The notes under the pieces were generated by a model. The model saw only the letters and a program-made list of their open reading frames with translations. It was not told where the DNA came from and ran no database searches. 23,845 nucleotides of DNA from Candidatus Hodarchaeota archaeon. Lineage in GTDB: Archaea > Asgardarchaeota > Lokiarchaeia > Sigyniarchaeales > SOKP01. Shown in pieces: positions 1 through 8,445 of the stretch. The first letter of the stretch is position 1. The number at the start of each line of letters is the position of its first letter. Made by a program: the position numbers and the translations under genes. The stretch is from the NCBI GenBank assembly GCA_048886685.1, contig JBHLKM010000010.1, positions 1-23,845 of the forward strand, written 5' to 3'.

Positions 1-158
1 TACCATTCAAGCCATGTAAAACGAAAATATTCACCAGTGATATGGTTTCTGTAAACCACACCGATCTCATTTGGATAAATCCTCACTGGTCTTTTCATAA
101 AAGTTGTTAGGAGGAGTGGGTAGTGAGAACTATATTCAGGATACGTTCTATTTGCCAT
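1..158 (-). CDS. Long/medium-chain fatty-acid--CoA ligase (AMP-binding family), N-terminal part, runs off window
   Basis: Not in the ORF track. Manual translation from ATG at 158: MANRTYPEYSSHYPLLLTTFMKRPVRIYPNEIGVVYRNHITGEYFRFTWLEW. This resembles the N-terminus of AlkK/DmdB-type acyl-CoA ligases (YPLLL..F..RP..YP..EI..R....R.T). GGGGATGA lies just upstream. Only 52 codons are visible. Confidence 0.65.
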   Translation of the reverse strand, partial: MANRTYPEYSSHYPLLLTTFMKRPVRIYPNEIGVVYRNHITGEYFRFTWLEW

Positions 159-353
159 ATTTCATCCCCATTAATAATATTTGTTAGTTTTTTTAATTTT
201 TTTATTAATTTATTGGATAAATAATATTATTATTTCAGTTTCTAAATATATAAATTTTAAAAAAAGTTGTCTTGCTAAAATAAAATTAGTTTTAATATAC
301 AAGAAAAAATAAAATAGAATTTCATATTATTAATTTTAATTTTTATTTTCAGA

Positions 354-2621
354 TTATTGTTTAGACATTTCAACGCGAAATTGAGCTTCTGCATTTTTAC
401 GTCTTTCTGACGGTTTTATATAACGAGGGAGTTTTATGTTAACCTTCTTAATTTTACCAGTAAAAGCAAAAGGTGCTTTATAATCATCTGTAACCGGCGA
501 TAGACTATTTCTTCCAATATCAAATCCTGTAGATGATATCATCCGCATAATATAAGGAACTTGAATAGAACCGCATTCCTTTTCACCTATAGTAAGATTA
601 ATTGTACCCTTTCTTCCTTTTCGTATAAAGTTAACTCCAAGTGAGGATTCTCCAACGGGTACAGTAGTATTTGAACGAACTACGTGGTGTTCTGTGAATA
701 TATTATAATCAAATATAGAGACATTATCTTTAATATACCAACAGTATCCACAATTTTGAGTCCCCATCGCAACCAATACACCTTCATCTCTTTCATTAGA
801 TCTTTCGATGTCTGCTGTCATTAACCAAGTTCGGTTCCCAACAGCTGGAGATACTTCAGCAGGTAAATGAGCAATTGGTGGAAAGTAGGTATATTCTCGG
901 TGTGCGTGAGGGGATCCGGGTTCAAATCGAACCCCAAATAACTCACCTCTCCTATCATCTAATGGGAGTACCCCATGTTTGCCAGCTTCCACCCACCAGA
1001 GGTCGATTAACTTCCGTAGTTTATCAGGATACTCCTCTGCTAAGTTATTGCATTCTGAAAAGTCTTCTTTTAAGTTATAGAGTTCCCACTCTTTATCGTC
1101 ATATGGGTCTCCTTGTCTGTGAGCAGTTACTGCTTTCCAACCATCAACCCAAATACCTCGGTGGCCGAACATTTCAAAATGCTGTATCTGCTTATGAGAA
1201 TCTTCATTCGTTGCATCAAATGTGTAAGCCATTGATGTACCAGATATTGGAATTTGATTATATCCTCGATATATCGAAGGTGGCTCAATTTCGAGAATAT
1301 CAAGGATTGTAGGTGCTATATCTGTGATATAATGGAATTGATTGCGCATAGCTCCTTTATCGTTAATTCTTTTTGGCCAATGAATAATTAAAGGATCACG
1401 AACCCCTCCCCCAAAAATATGTGATTTATACCACTTGAGAGGAGTATTACCTACTTGTGCCCATCCCCATGGAATGTTAGAATGACTACGTGGTCCTCCA
1501 ATATCCTCCAACCTATCCTGTATTGCATCTACATCTTCTGATACTGCATTAAAGTATTTGAATTCATCCATTACGCCCGTATGACCTCCCTCCATACTTG
1601 CACCATTGTCAGCTAATAAAAAAATGAGAGTATTATCTAACTCTCCCAATTCTTCAAGAAAAGAGATTAGCCGTCCAATATGGTGGTCAGTGTGATCAAG
1701 AAAGGCTGCAAAAGCTTCTTGAAGCCGTAATGCAAATTTTTTCGCATTTTCCGATAATTCATCCCAAGGTTGTACCCCAGGATTTCGAGGGGCAAGTTTG
1801 GTGTCAGTGGGAATAATCCCCATCTGGAGTTGCCTTTCATACCATTCTTTTCGAATAATATCCCACCCTGCATTAAATCGACCACGATATTTTTCAATAA
1901 ACTCTTTTGGTGCTTGATGTGGCGCATGAGTAGCACCAGTTGCCAGATAAAGGAAAAAAGGCTGATCAGGTCGTATTGATTTTTGGTCACGTATAAACTG
2001 AATAGATTTATCAATGAAGTCCTCAGTAACGTGATATCCTTCTTCAGGACGGCGAGGAGGATCAACCGGATGATTATCATAAGATAACTCAGGATAAAAT
2101 TGATCAGTTTCTCCTTGCATAAATCCGTAGAATCGATTAAAGCCACGTTGGAGAGGCCAATGATCAAATGGTCCAGCAACAGATGCATGCTCCATAGGAG
2201 CTAAATGCCATTTGCCCACAACCATAGTAGCATAACCTTCGTCACGTAAGATCTCTGCTAGAGTAGCGGCGTGGGGAGTGATATATCCTCGCATATTAGG
2301 AAATCCAGGATTAAAGTTAGAAATAGCTCGCATACCTACAGTGTGATGATTCCGTCCAGTTAATAAACAAGCACGGGTTGGAGAACATAAAGCTGTTGTG
2401 TGAAAATTAGTAAATCGAAGACCGCCCTCGGCTAGACGATCAAAATTGGGTGTTTCGATGCTAGAGCCATAACAACCAAAATGGGCAAAACCAGTATCAT
2501 CTAGCAAGATTAGTATCACATTAGGACTATCATCCCCCACTCGTTTTGGAGTAGGCCACCAAGGAGTTGATTCATTATAGGTGCGACCAATCACACCCTC
2601 AAATTTTTCATATTTTTTCAA
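354..2621 (-). CDS. atsA: Arylsulfatase (Cys-type, formylglycine-dependent, AtsA/PAS-like) with C-terminal beta-rich extension
   Basis: 755 aa. Motifs LLDDTG, LCSPTRACLLTGR (CxPxR), GKWHL, HAPH and ADNG. TTG start with AGGGG upstream. No signal peptide. Confidence 0.9.
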   Translation of the reverse strand: MKKYEKFEGVIGRTYNESTPWWPTPKRVGDDSPNVILILLDDTGFAHFGCYGSSIETPNFDRLAEGGLRFTNFHTTALCSPTRACLLTGRNHHTVGMRAISNFNPGFPNMRGYITPHAATLAEILRDEGYATMVVGKWHLAPMEHASVAGPFDHWPLQRGFNRFYGFMQGETDQFYPELSYDNHPVDPPRRPEEGYHVTEDFIDKSIQFIRDQKSIRPDQPFFLYLATGATHAPHQAPKEFIEKYRGRFNAGWDIIRKEWYERQLQMGIIPTDTKLAPRNPGVQPWDELSENAKKFALRLQEAFAAFLDHTDHHIGRLISFLEELGELDNTLIFLLADNGASMEGGHTGVMDEFKYFNAVSEDVDAIQDRLEDIGGPRSHSNIPWGWAQVGNTPLKWYKSHIFGGGVRDPLIIHWPKRINDKGAMRNQFHYITDIAPTILDILEIEPPSIYRGYNQIPISGTSMAYTFDATNEDSHKQIQHFEMFGHRGIWVDGWKAVTAHRQGDPYDDKEWELYNLKEDFSECNNLAEEYPDKLRKLIDLWWVEAGKHGVLPLDDRRGELFGVRFEPGSPHAHREYTYFPPIAHLPAEVSPAVGNRTWLMTADIERSNERDEGVLVAMGTQNCGYCWYIKDNVSIFDYNIFTEHHVVRSNTTVPVGESSLGVNFIRKGRKGTINLTIGEKECGSIQVPYIMRMISSTGFDIGRNSLSPVTDDYKAPFAFTGKIKKVNIKLPRYIKPSERRKNAEAQFRVEMSKQ

Positions 2622-2753
2622 ATTTTTTCCCCTTTTTATTCATATCAATATACTGAAAACATGCAAAATTTTGTATATTATTATATTTTCACTTTTAATC
2701 TATTATATAAATTTCTACTTACTATGTAATTTCTAAAAATAAAAAAAATTGTG

Positions 2754-4373
2754 TTAAGATTTAATTTTCTTCCTTAGTTTTATGACTGTAAGAATAATAG
2801 GCATAGCAGTAAATAATAGAAATAGATTTCCAAAAGGAATTGCAGCCTCTCCACCGTCTTGAATTTCTTGAATTTCTCCTATTTGAATGCGGATATAATC
2901 TGAGGGTGTATCTCCATCTTCACTGTGAGCTACAGCAATAAAGTACCTATATCCATTAATTTGACTCATATTAACCGCAAAAGGTATTGTGGCATTTTTG
3001 TATGCCAAACATATTAAATCTTCACTTAGTCCTGAAATAGTATTTTCAGAGTAGTATATTGAAAAATTGTTAGCTTCAACAGATTCGGACCAAATAAGGT
3101 CAAAAAGACCATCATCGTCATAATTCGGTGGGTGATATTTGCCATCTAATTCTGACCAATGGGGGAAAAGAATTCCCTCATTATCAACATTAGAAGTTAA
3201 TGCAAATTCAGTTTTGTTATCATTATGTTTATCAAAAAAATTCAACGCATTGTGAATATCTTTACTATAAAATGTATGATATCCACCAGAAATCAAGATA
3301 CTACTTGTTATTGTTGAGTTCCTAAAACTATAGTTTTCAGGTATTGCTTCATAAATGGGATCAGTAGAAGTAATGTTAGGATATATATAGCCAAATTCGT
3401 CAATAATATGAGCATCCCTAAGAGCATCGTATATTTCACTAGAATTTTCGTACGAAATATCATTGATATAACTAAATTGTTTTGGATGAACAGGAGTAGG
3501 TTGATTCATGTATAATTCTGCAAATGCTCCATTTGAAATGTAATATAGATAATTATTCCACGCAGAAGGATTTATATTTGGGAAATGATCATTTACCGCT
3601 AGATTCCAGTATGTTGGAATTAAATAATTTTGCATAAGGAAGCTAATCCCCCCAGCACAAAAAATTGCTTGCGCAGAGAAATTGAAAAATATTGATGCAC
3701 GGCTTATGAAAGCACCTCCATTAGACAGACCTAATCCGAACAATGGACAATTACTTCTAATTATTCCTCGATTTGTAAAATTTAATAATATATAATTTAT
3801 ATTTTGTATATCAGTGTTATTTTCTAGAATACTATTTGGGTCCCATTGTGCTTCTTCATCACGATCAAGACTTTCAAAAGCAATAAACCCATATTCTCGC
3901 AGGACTATACGATTCATGAAATTAAAAGTTTCAGTTCTATTTTCACTTACCCAGTTTACTGAGCTTCCTCCTCTTCCATGAAATATAAAAACAATTCCTT
4001 TATAATTGGAAGGTAGATAATAATAAACTTCTGTTCCATTAAATATTTCAAAACTAACATTTGTTTTAATATCCCACTTACTAAGGCAAGGTTTATATGT
4101 TGCATTAATTTGAGAAGAGGTTTTAGGAGGTTCCATCCTTGTGTGGAAAGAATTTATATCATCTATTAGATCATTATCACCAACCCATTGATCAAAAATC
4201 ATCCCCTCTGGTGGAGGATTCGCCCAAATATCGACCATTCCATTTGATAGAAGGTTATCATTGTAGAACCCTTCATTTATCTCTAAATTTGGTATAGCAG
4301 CACGGATTTGTGGTATAAGAAAACAACTAAATATTAATAGTATTAAAGCCAGTACTTTTTTTATGAATTTCAT
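2754..4373 (-). CDS. Secreted, membrane-anchored alpha/beta-hydrolase (esterase-like) with Loki-CTERM-like tail
   Basis: 539 aa. Signal peptide MKFIKKVLALILLIFSCFLIP, oxyanion motif FHGRGG, nucleophile elbow GLSNGG, candidate Asp (AVNDH) and His (GGYHTF). C-terminus is IPFG, a hydrophobic helix, then KLRKKIK. Confidence 0.7.
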   Translation of the reverse strand: MKFIKKVLALILLIFSCFLIPQIRAAIPNLEINEGFYNDNLLSNGMVDIWANPPPEGMIFDQWVGDNDLIDDINSFHTRMEPPKTSSQINATYKPCLSKWDIKTNVSFEIFNGTEVYYYLPSNYKGIVFIFHGRGGSSVNWVSENRTETFNFMNRIVLREYGFIAFESLDRDEEAQWDPNSILENNTDIQNINYILLNFTNRGIIRSNCPLFGLGLSNGGAFISRASIFFNFSAQAIFCAGGISFLMQNYLIPTYWNLAVNDHFPNINPSAWNNYLYYISNGAFAELYMNQPTPVHPKQFSYINDISYENSSEIYDALRDAHIIDEFGYIYPNITSTDPIYEAIPENYSFRNSTITSSILISGGYHTFYSKDIHNALNFFDKHNDNKTEFALTSNVDNEGILFPHWSELDGKYHPPNYDDDGLFDLIWSESVEANNFSIYYSENTISGLSEDLICLAYKNATIPFAVNMSQINGYRYFIAVAHSEDGDTPSDYIRIQIGEIQEIQDGGEAAIPFGNLFLLFTAMPIILTVIKLRKKIKS

Positions 4374-4499
4374 TTTTATATAGATTCAGTTTCTATTTAT
4401 TTTTTTTTTTTTTAATATTTATATTTTTTGATCAAGGATCAATGATTGATAAAGCACAATGAATCAATAAAGAAAAAAAAAGAGAAAATTCATTTTTAA

Positions 4500-4623
4500 C
4501 AGAATTTTAGATTATGATAGAAAATTGCCATAAATGTAATGAATAACAATTAAAATTAAATAAAATATATTGTGATATTGATCAATGTTTTAGTTTTCAA
4601 CATATTATAAAAAAAAGTAAATC
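4500..4623 (+). promoter_or_regulatory. Upstream/promoter region of sulfatase A, homologous to 8316-8445; contains palindrome ATTGATCAAT (4577-4586)
   Basis: Shares collinear blocks with the region upstream of sulfatase C: AATTTTAGATTAT, TAATGAATAACAA, ATTAAATAA, ATATTGATCAwTGTT, TAGTTTT, ATAAAAAAAAGT and AAATCATG. Confidence 0.6.
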
Positions 4624-6075
4624 ATGTCAGAAAAACCTAATATAATCTATATTTTTTCTGATCAACACCGCGGTGATACATTGGGGTGTGTTGGTCATCC
4701 TGCAGTACTTACCCCTAACTTAGATAAATTAGCATCTGAGGGAGTTAACTTTACCAGATGTTACACGAATTCCCCTGTTTGCATGCCTGCAAGAGCCTCC
4801 ATGATGACGGGTCAGTATGTTTGTGAACATGGAATCTGGACTAATAATAATGAGGCAGATCCCCTAGGCCCAAGTCATGTCAGAAACATTCGGGATGCGG
4901 GATATCATACCGCTGTTATTGGCAAAACTCATCTTTATCTTCATGGGGCAGGTTGGAAAGATACTAGAAACAATATTGATATCTTGAAAAATTGGGGTTT
5001 TGAAGACATCCATGAATTAACAGGACCTTTAGCAACTTTCAGACATGATTGTTCTTATACTGATTACCTCAAAGAAAAGGGATTATTGAAGACCCATAGA
5101 GATTACCTTATGAATCATGGGATACCCTCAGCTAGAGGGACTGCAAAGCCCTGGGATGATCCGCCTAGCCCTCTACCCACTGAAGCACATTTAGATAGCT
5201 ATACTGGACGCACTGCGATGGAATGGATTCAAAATTATAATGGTGATAAACCATTTTACTTACAAGTTCTATTTCCCGGGCCTCATAATCCCTTTGATTC
5301 TCCTCAAGAATATAGAGATATGTACAAACCTGAAGAAATGCCAATAGGAATAATGGATTGGCCAGAAAGACCTATAGCTAGATATGTGAGAGGAGTATTG
5401 CGTTGGAGTGGGCTTAAAGGTATGACTCCCATACAAAAACAAACTTTGCAAACCTATTATTATGCTAAGATTACCTTGATTGATGATTACATTGGAAGGA
5501 TAGTAAAAGTACTAGAAGAAAAGGGATTATTTGATAATACATGGATAATCTATAATTCAGATCATGGAGAAATGCTGGGAGATCATATGATGAGCCATAA
5601 GGTAGTTTTTTATGAAGGAGCAATACGTGTTCCTCTAATTATAAGACCACCAGGCCATGTTCAAGGTTGGCAGTGTAAAGGATTGACAGATCATCTAGAT
5701 ATAACAGCATCTCTGATAGATATTGCACAGGCTGAAACCCTTCCTGGAAGTGATGGTCGGTCACTTGTTCCTCAAGTTTTAAGTGGTCCTGATGATATTG
5801 AAGCCCAAAAAGGAAAAGAAGCAATATTTAGTGAGGTTTATGGCTTTAGCATGGTTTTTAATGGAAGATATAAAATGGCTATTAATCCTATAACTCGGGA
5901 ACCGGTTGAATTGTACGATCTTAAAGAAGATCCCAATGAGTTAAAAAATATTGTGAATGTCGCTGCCTATGAATCTGTACGTCAAGAATTATTAGATGAC
6001 CACTTGGAGAAATTACTTAGTCGTCTAGATCATGAAAAATTTGAGAATATCAATTATGGTAGATTGATTGAATAA
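4624..6075 (+). CDS. Sulfatase-like hydrolase, Cys-type (paralogue A)
   Basis: 483 aa. Motifs FSDQHRGD, VCMPARASMMTG (CxPxR), GKTH, PHNP, SDHGEMLGDH and ELYDLKEDPNE. No signal peptide. Confidence 0.92.
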   Translation: MSEKPNIIYIFSDQHRGDTLGCVGHPAVLTPNLDKLASEGVNFTRCYTNSPVCMPARASMMTGQYVCEHGIWTNNNEADPLGPSHVRNIRDAGYHTAVIGKTHLYLHGAGWKDTRNNIDILKNWGFEDIHELTGPLATFRHDCSYTDYLKEKGLLKTHRDYLMNHGIPSARGTAKPWDDPPSPLPTEAHLDSYTGRTAMEWIQNYNGDKPFYLQVLFPGPHNPFDSPQEYRDMYKPEEMPIGIMDWPERPIARYVRGVLRWSGLKGMTPIQKQTLQTYYYAKITLIDDYIGRIVKVLEEKGLFDNTWIIYNSDHGEMLGDHMMSHKVVFYEGAIRVPLIIRPPGHVQGWQCKGLTDHLDITASLIDIAQAETLPGSDGRSLVPQVLSGPDDIEAQKGKEAIFSEVYGFSMVFNGRYKMAINPITREPVELYDLKEDPNELKNIVNVAAYESVRQELLDDHLEKLLSRLDHEKFENINYGRLIE

Positions 6076-6153
6076 TCTAAGCGAAAAAGAAATTGAAGAG
6101 AATCCATGATAAGACTCTCGATTTTCTTTAATAAATTCTTTTGTTGACTGTTG

Positions 6154-6249
6154 ATGACTTTTTCAAATTTAGTCTGGAATGCTCAGGTAATGAAAGTTCT
6201 AATTGAATGGATGTTAGAAGGATTAAGAATAAGCCAAGAAATTAAATAA
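6154..6249 (+). other. Possible 31-aa small ORF or gene remnant (MTFSNLVWNAQVMKVLIEWMLEGLRISQEIK)
   Basis: Open frame from ATG 6154 to TAA 6249, in a spacer segment that looks more coding-like than other intergenic DNA here. No recognisable family. Confidence 0.2.
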
Positions 6250-6313
6250 AACTAATAATTAGTAGTATAAGACTATAAACAAATAAAATTAAAAGATAAA
6301 TAAGGTAAGTATT

Positions 6314-7210
6314 ATGAAATTATTACGTACACCAGACGAAAGATTTGAAAATCTTCCGGATTTTCCTTATGAACCAAATTATTTAATGGTTGATGAAATA
6401 CGAATACACTATATAGATGAAGGGCCAAAAGATACAGAAGTTGTTTTATTAATGCACGGAGAACCCTCATGGAGCTTCTTATATAGACATATGATTCCTA
6501 TTATAGTAGAAGCAGGATATCGGGTCGTTGCACCGGATTTAGTCGGATTTGGGCGTTCTGATAAACCTACAGAGAAAGAGGACCACACTTATGCAAAGCA
6601 CGTTAAATGGATTACTAAGTTTGTTACATCGCTTGATCTTAAAAGAATAACCCTCTTTGGTCAAGATTGGGGAGCTCTGATAGGTTTAAGAGTTGCAATT
6701 GAAAATCAAGAGCGATTCAGTCGAATAGTTTTGGCAAATGGAGGACTACCTACAGGCGATCGGGAAAAGACTCAAGCATTCTTGGCTTGGAGGAAATTTT
6801 CAAGAGAATCTCCCAAATTTGACGTAGGACGGTTAATTAATGGAGCAACAACCACTAAGCTAACAGAAGAAATACAATGGGGATATGATGCACCTTTTCC
6901 TGATGACACATATAAAGCAGGAGCACGAATTATGCCTTCATTAGTAACGATTAGTACTGATGACCCAGAACATAAAGCTAATAAAGAAGCGCGTGAGAAA
7001 TTTGGAAAGTGGGAAAAACCGTTTCTTACTGCGTTTTCAGACATGGATCCAGTCACTCGTGGAGGTGATAGATTTTGGCAAACGCATGTTCCGGGGGCAA
7101 AGGGGCAGAAACATACAACTATTGAAAATGCTGGTCATTTTCTACAGGAAGATAAAGGCCCAGAAATAGCAAATCTCATTGTTAAGTTTATAAAAGAAAA
7201 TCCTATTTAA
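6314..7210 (+). CDS. dhmA: Haloalkane dehalogenase (HLD-I, DhlA/DhmA-like)
   Basis: 298 aa. Motifs LRTPDERF, HGEPSWSFLYR, PDLVGFGRSDKP, nucleophile QDWG, acid SDMDP and base GHFLQEDKG. Confidence 0.9.
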   Translation: MKLLRTPDERFENLPDFPYEPNYLMVDEIRIHYIDEGPKDTEVVLLMHGEPSWSFLYRHMIPIIVEAGYRVVAPDLVGFGRSDKPTEKEDHTYAKHVKWITKFVTSLDLKRITLFGQDWGALIGLRVAIENQERFSRIVLANGGLPTGDREKTQAFLAWRKFSRESPKFDVGRLINGATTTKLTEEIQWGYDAPFPDDTYKAGARIMPSLVTISTDDPEHKANKEAREKFGKWEKPFLTAFSDMDPVTRGGDRFWQTHVPGAKGQKHTTIENAGHFLQEDKGPEIANLIVKFIKENPI

Positions 7211-7224
7211 CTTTAATTTTTTTT
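7211..7224 (+). terminator. Oligo-T tract, putative archaeal-type terminator after the dehalogenase
   Basis: CTTTAATTTTTTTT directly follows the stop codon. Confidence 0.4.
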
Positions 7225-7226
7225 CC

Positions 7227-7409
7227 TTATCTTCGTCTGAATCTCCAATCAGTCTCAAAAGGTACTACATCGCAAGTTTCCAAATACCACGTAAGCATTT
7301 TCTCTTTCATATTGAACAGTATATCCATGTATTTAGAATCATCAATAACATTAATTATTTCTTCGGGATCACTATTCAAATCATATAATTCATCTTCTTC
7401 ATAAAGACG
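7227..7409 (-). pseudogene. C-terminal remnant of a sulfatase (different subfamily from A-D)
   Basis: Not in the ORF track. Manual translation: RLYEEDELYDLNSDPEEIINVIDDSKYMDILFNMKEKMLTWYLETCDVVPFETDWRFRRR*. It has the sulfatase C-terminal motif ELYDLxxDPxExxN. An in-frame TAA (7412-7410) lies immediately upstream, and no catalytic domain is present. Confidence 0.8.
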
Positions 7410-7442
7410 TTAAAGAAAGATAGATAAAAAGCAAAAATAATT

Positions 7443-8198
7443 TGGCCAGAAGAACCTACATCTATATATGTTAAGATGGTTCTACGATGGAGTGGTCTCT
7501 ATGACATGACACCCGAACAGAAACAAATGTTAAGTACTTATTACTATGCCAAGATCACATTGATTGACGACTATATTGGAAGGATATTGAACGTATTAGA
7601 AGAAAAGGGCTTATTAGATAATACATGGATAATCTATAATTCTGATCATGGAGAAATGCTTGGAGATCATATGATGAGCCATAAAATAGTATTTTATGAT
7701 GGACCTGTACGTATACCTCTTATTATAAGACCACCAGGTGGTGCTAAAGGTTGGCAGTGTAAAGGATTAACAGATCATCTCGATATAGCCGCATCTCTTA
7801 TAGACATTGCACAGGCTGAAACGTTATCTGGGAGTGATGGTCGCTCACTTATCCCTCAAGTTCTAAATGGACCTAATAACCCAGAAGCGCAAAAAGGAAA
7901 AGAAGTCATCTTTAGTGAAGTTTACGGTTATAGTATGGTTTTTGATGGAAGATATAAAATGGCAATTAATCCTATAACTCGAACACCAGTTGAATTTTAT
8001 GATCTTAAAGAAGACCCTGATGAATTAAAAAATCTTGTAGATGACTATGCTTATGAATCTATTCGTAAAGAATTACTCCATAAACATTTTGGTAGGCTGC
8101 TTAAACATTTAGACAAAAAAAAATTTGAAAATATGAATGTTGGTAGTCGTAGACGACAAATCGAAAAAGAACTTGAAAAGGAACAAGAAGTAACTTAA
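7443..8198 (+). pseudogene. 5'-truncated sulfatase (paralogue B), C-terminal half only
   Basis: Homology to A and C starts at WPEEPTSIYVK (7443), upstream of the ATG at 7476. In-frame TAA at 7425. About 250 N-terminal residues, including CxPxR, are missing. The remaining frame is uninterrupted. Confidence 0.85.
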
Positions 8199-8315
8199 TT
8201 TTTATCACATTTTAAACTAAAATAATTATATTTTGAGATACTATTCTATGATAAAATTGTAAAGAAAAAATTATCTATCAACTATGAGCTCTCTTAACCG
8301 GAACAAAAATACTAA

Positions 8316-8445
8316 AATTTTAGATTATACTACAGGAAAAAGTGTTATAAATACTATTAATGAATAACAAATAACATTAAATAACATATACTAATATTGA
8401 TCATTGTTCTAGTTTTTATCATATCATAAAAAAAAGTCTTAAATC
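8316..8445 (+). promoter_or_regulatory. Upstream/promoter region of sulfatase C: candidate BRE/TATA (GGAAAAAGTG-TTATAAATA, ~8335-8353) and ATTGATCATTGTT box (8396-8408)
   Basis: Collinear homologue of 4500-4623. A purine run is followed by TTATAAAT, as in archaeal promoters. Confidence 0.55.

Noticed and set aside
4401-4413. Long homopolymer runs (T13 here, a T-run near 18154, A12 at 10677) as phase-variation switches
   Set aside because: All are intergenic in very AT-rich spacers, where such runs are common. There is no evidence of length variation from a single sequence.
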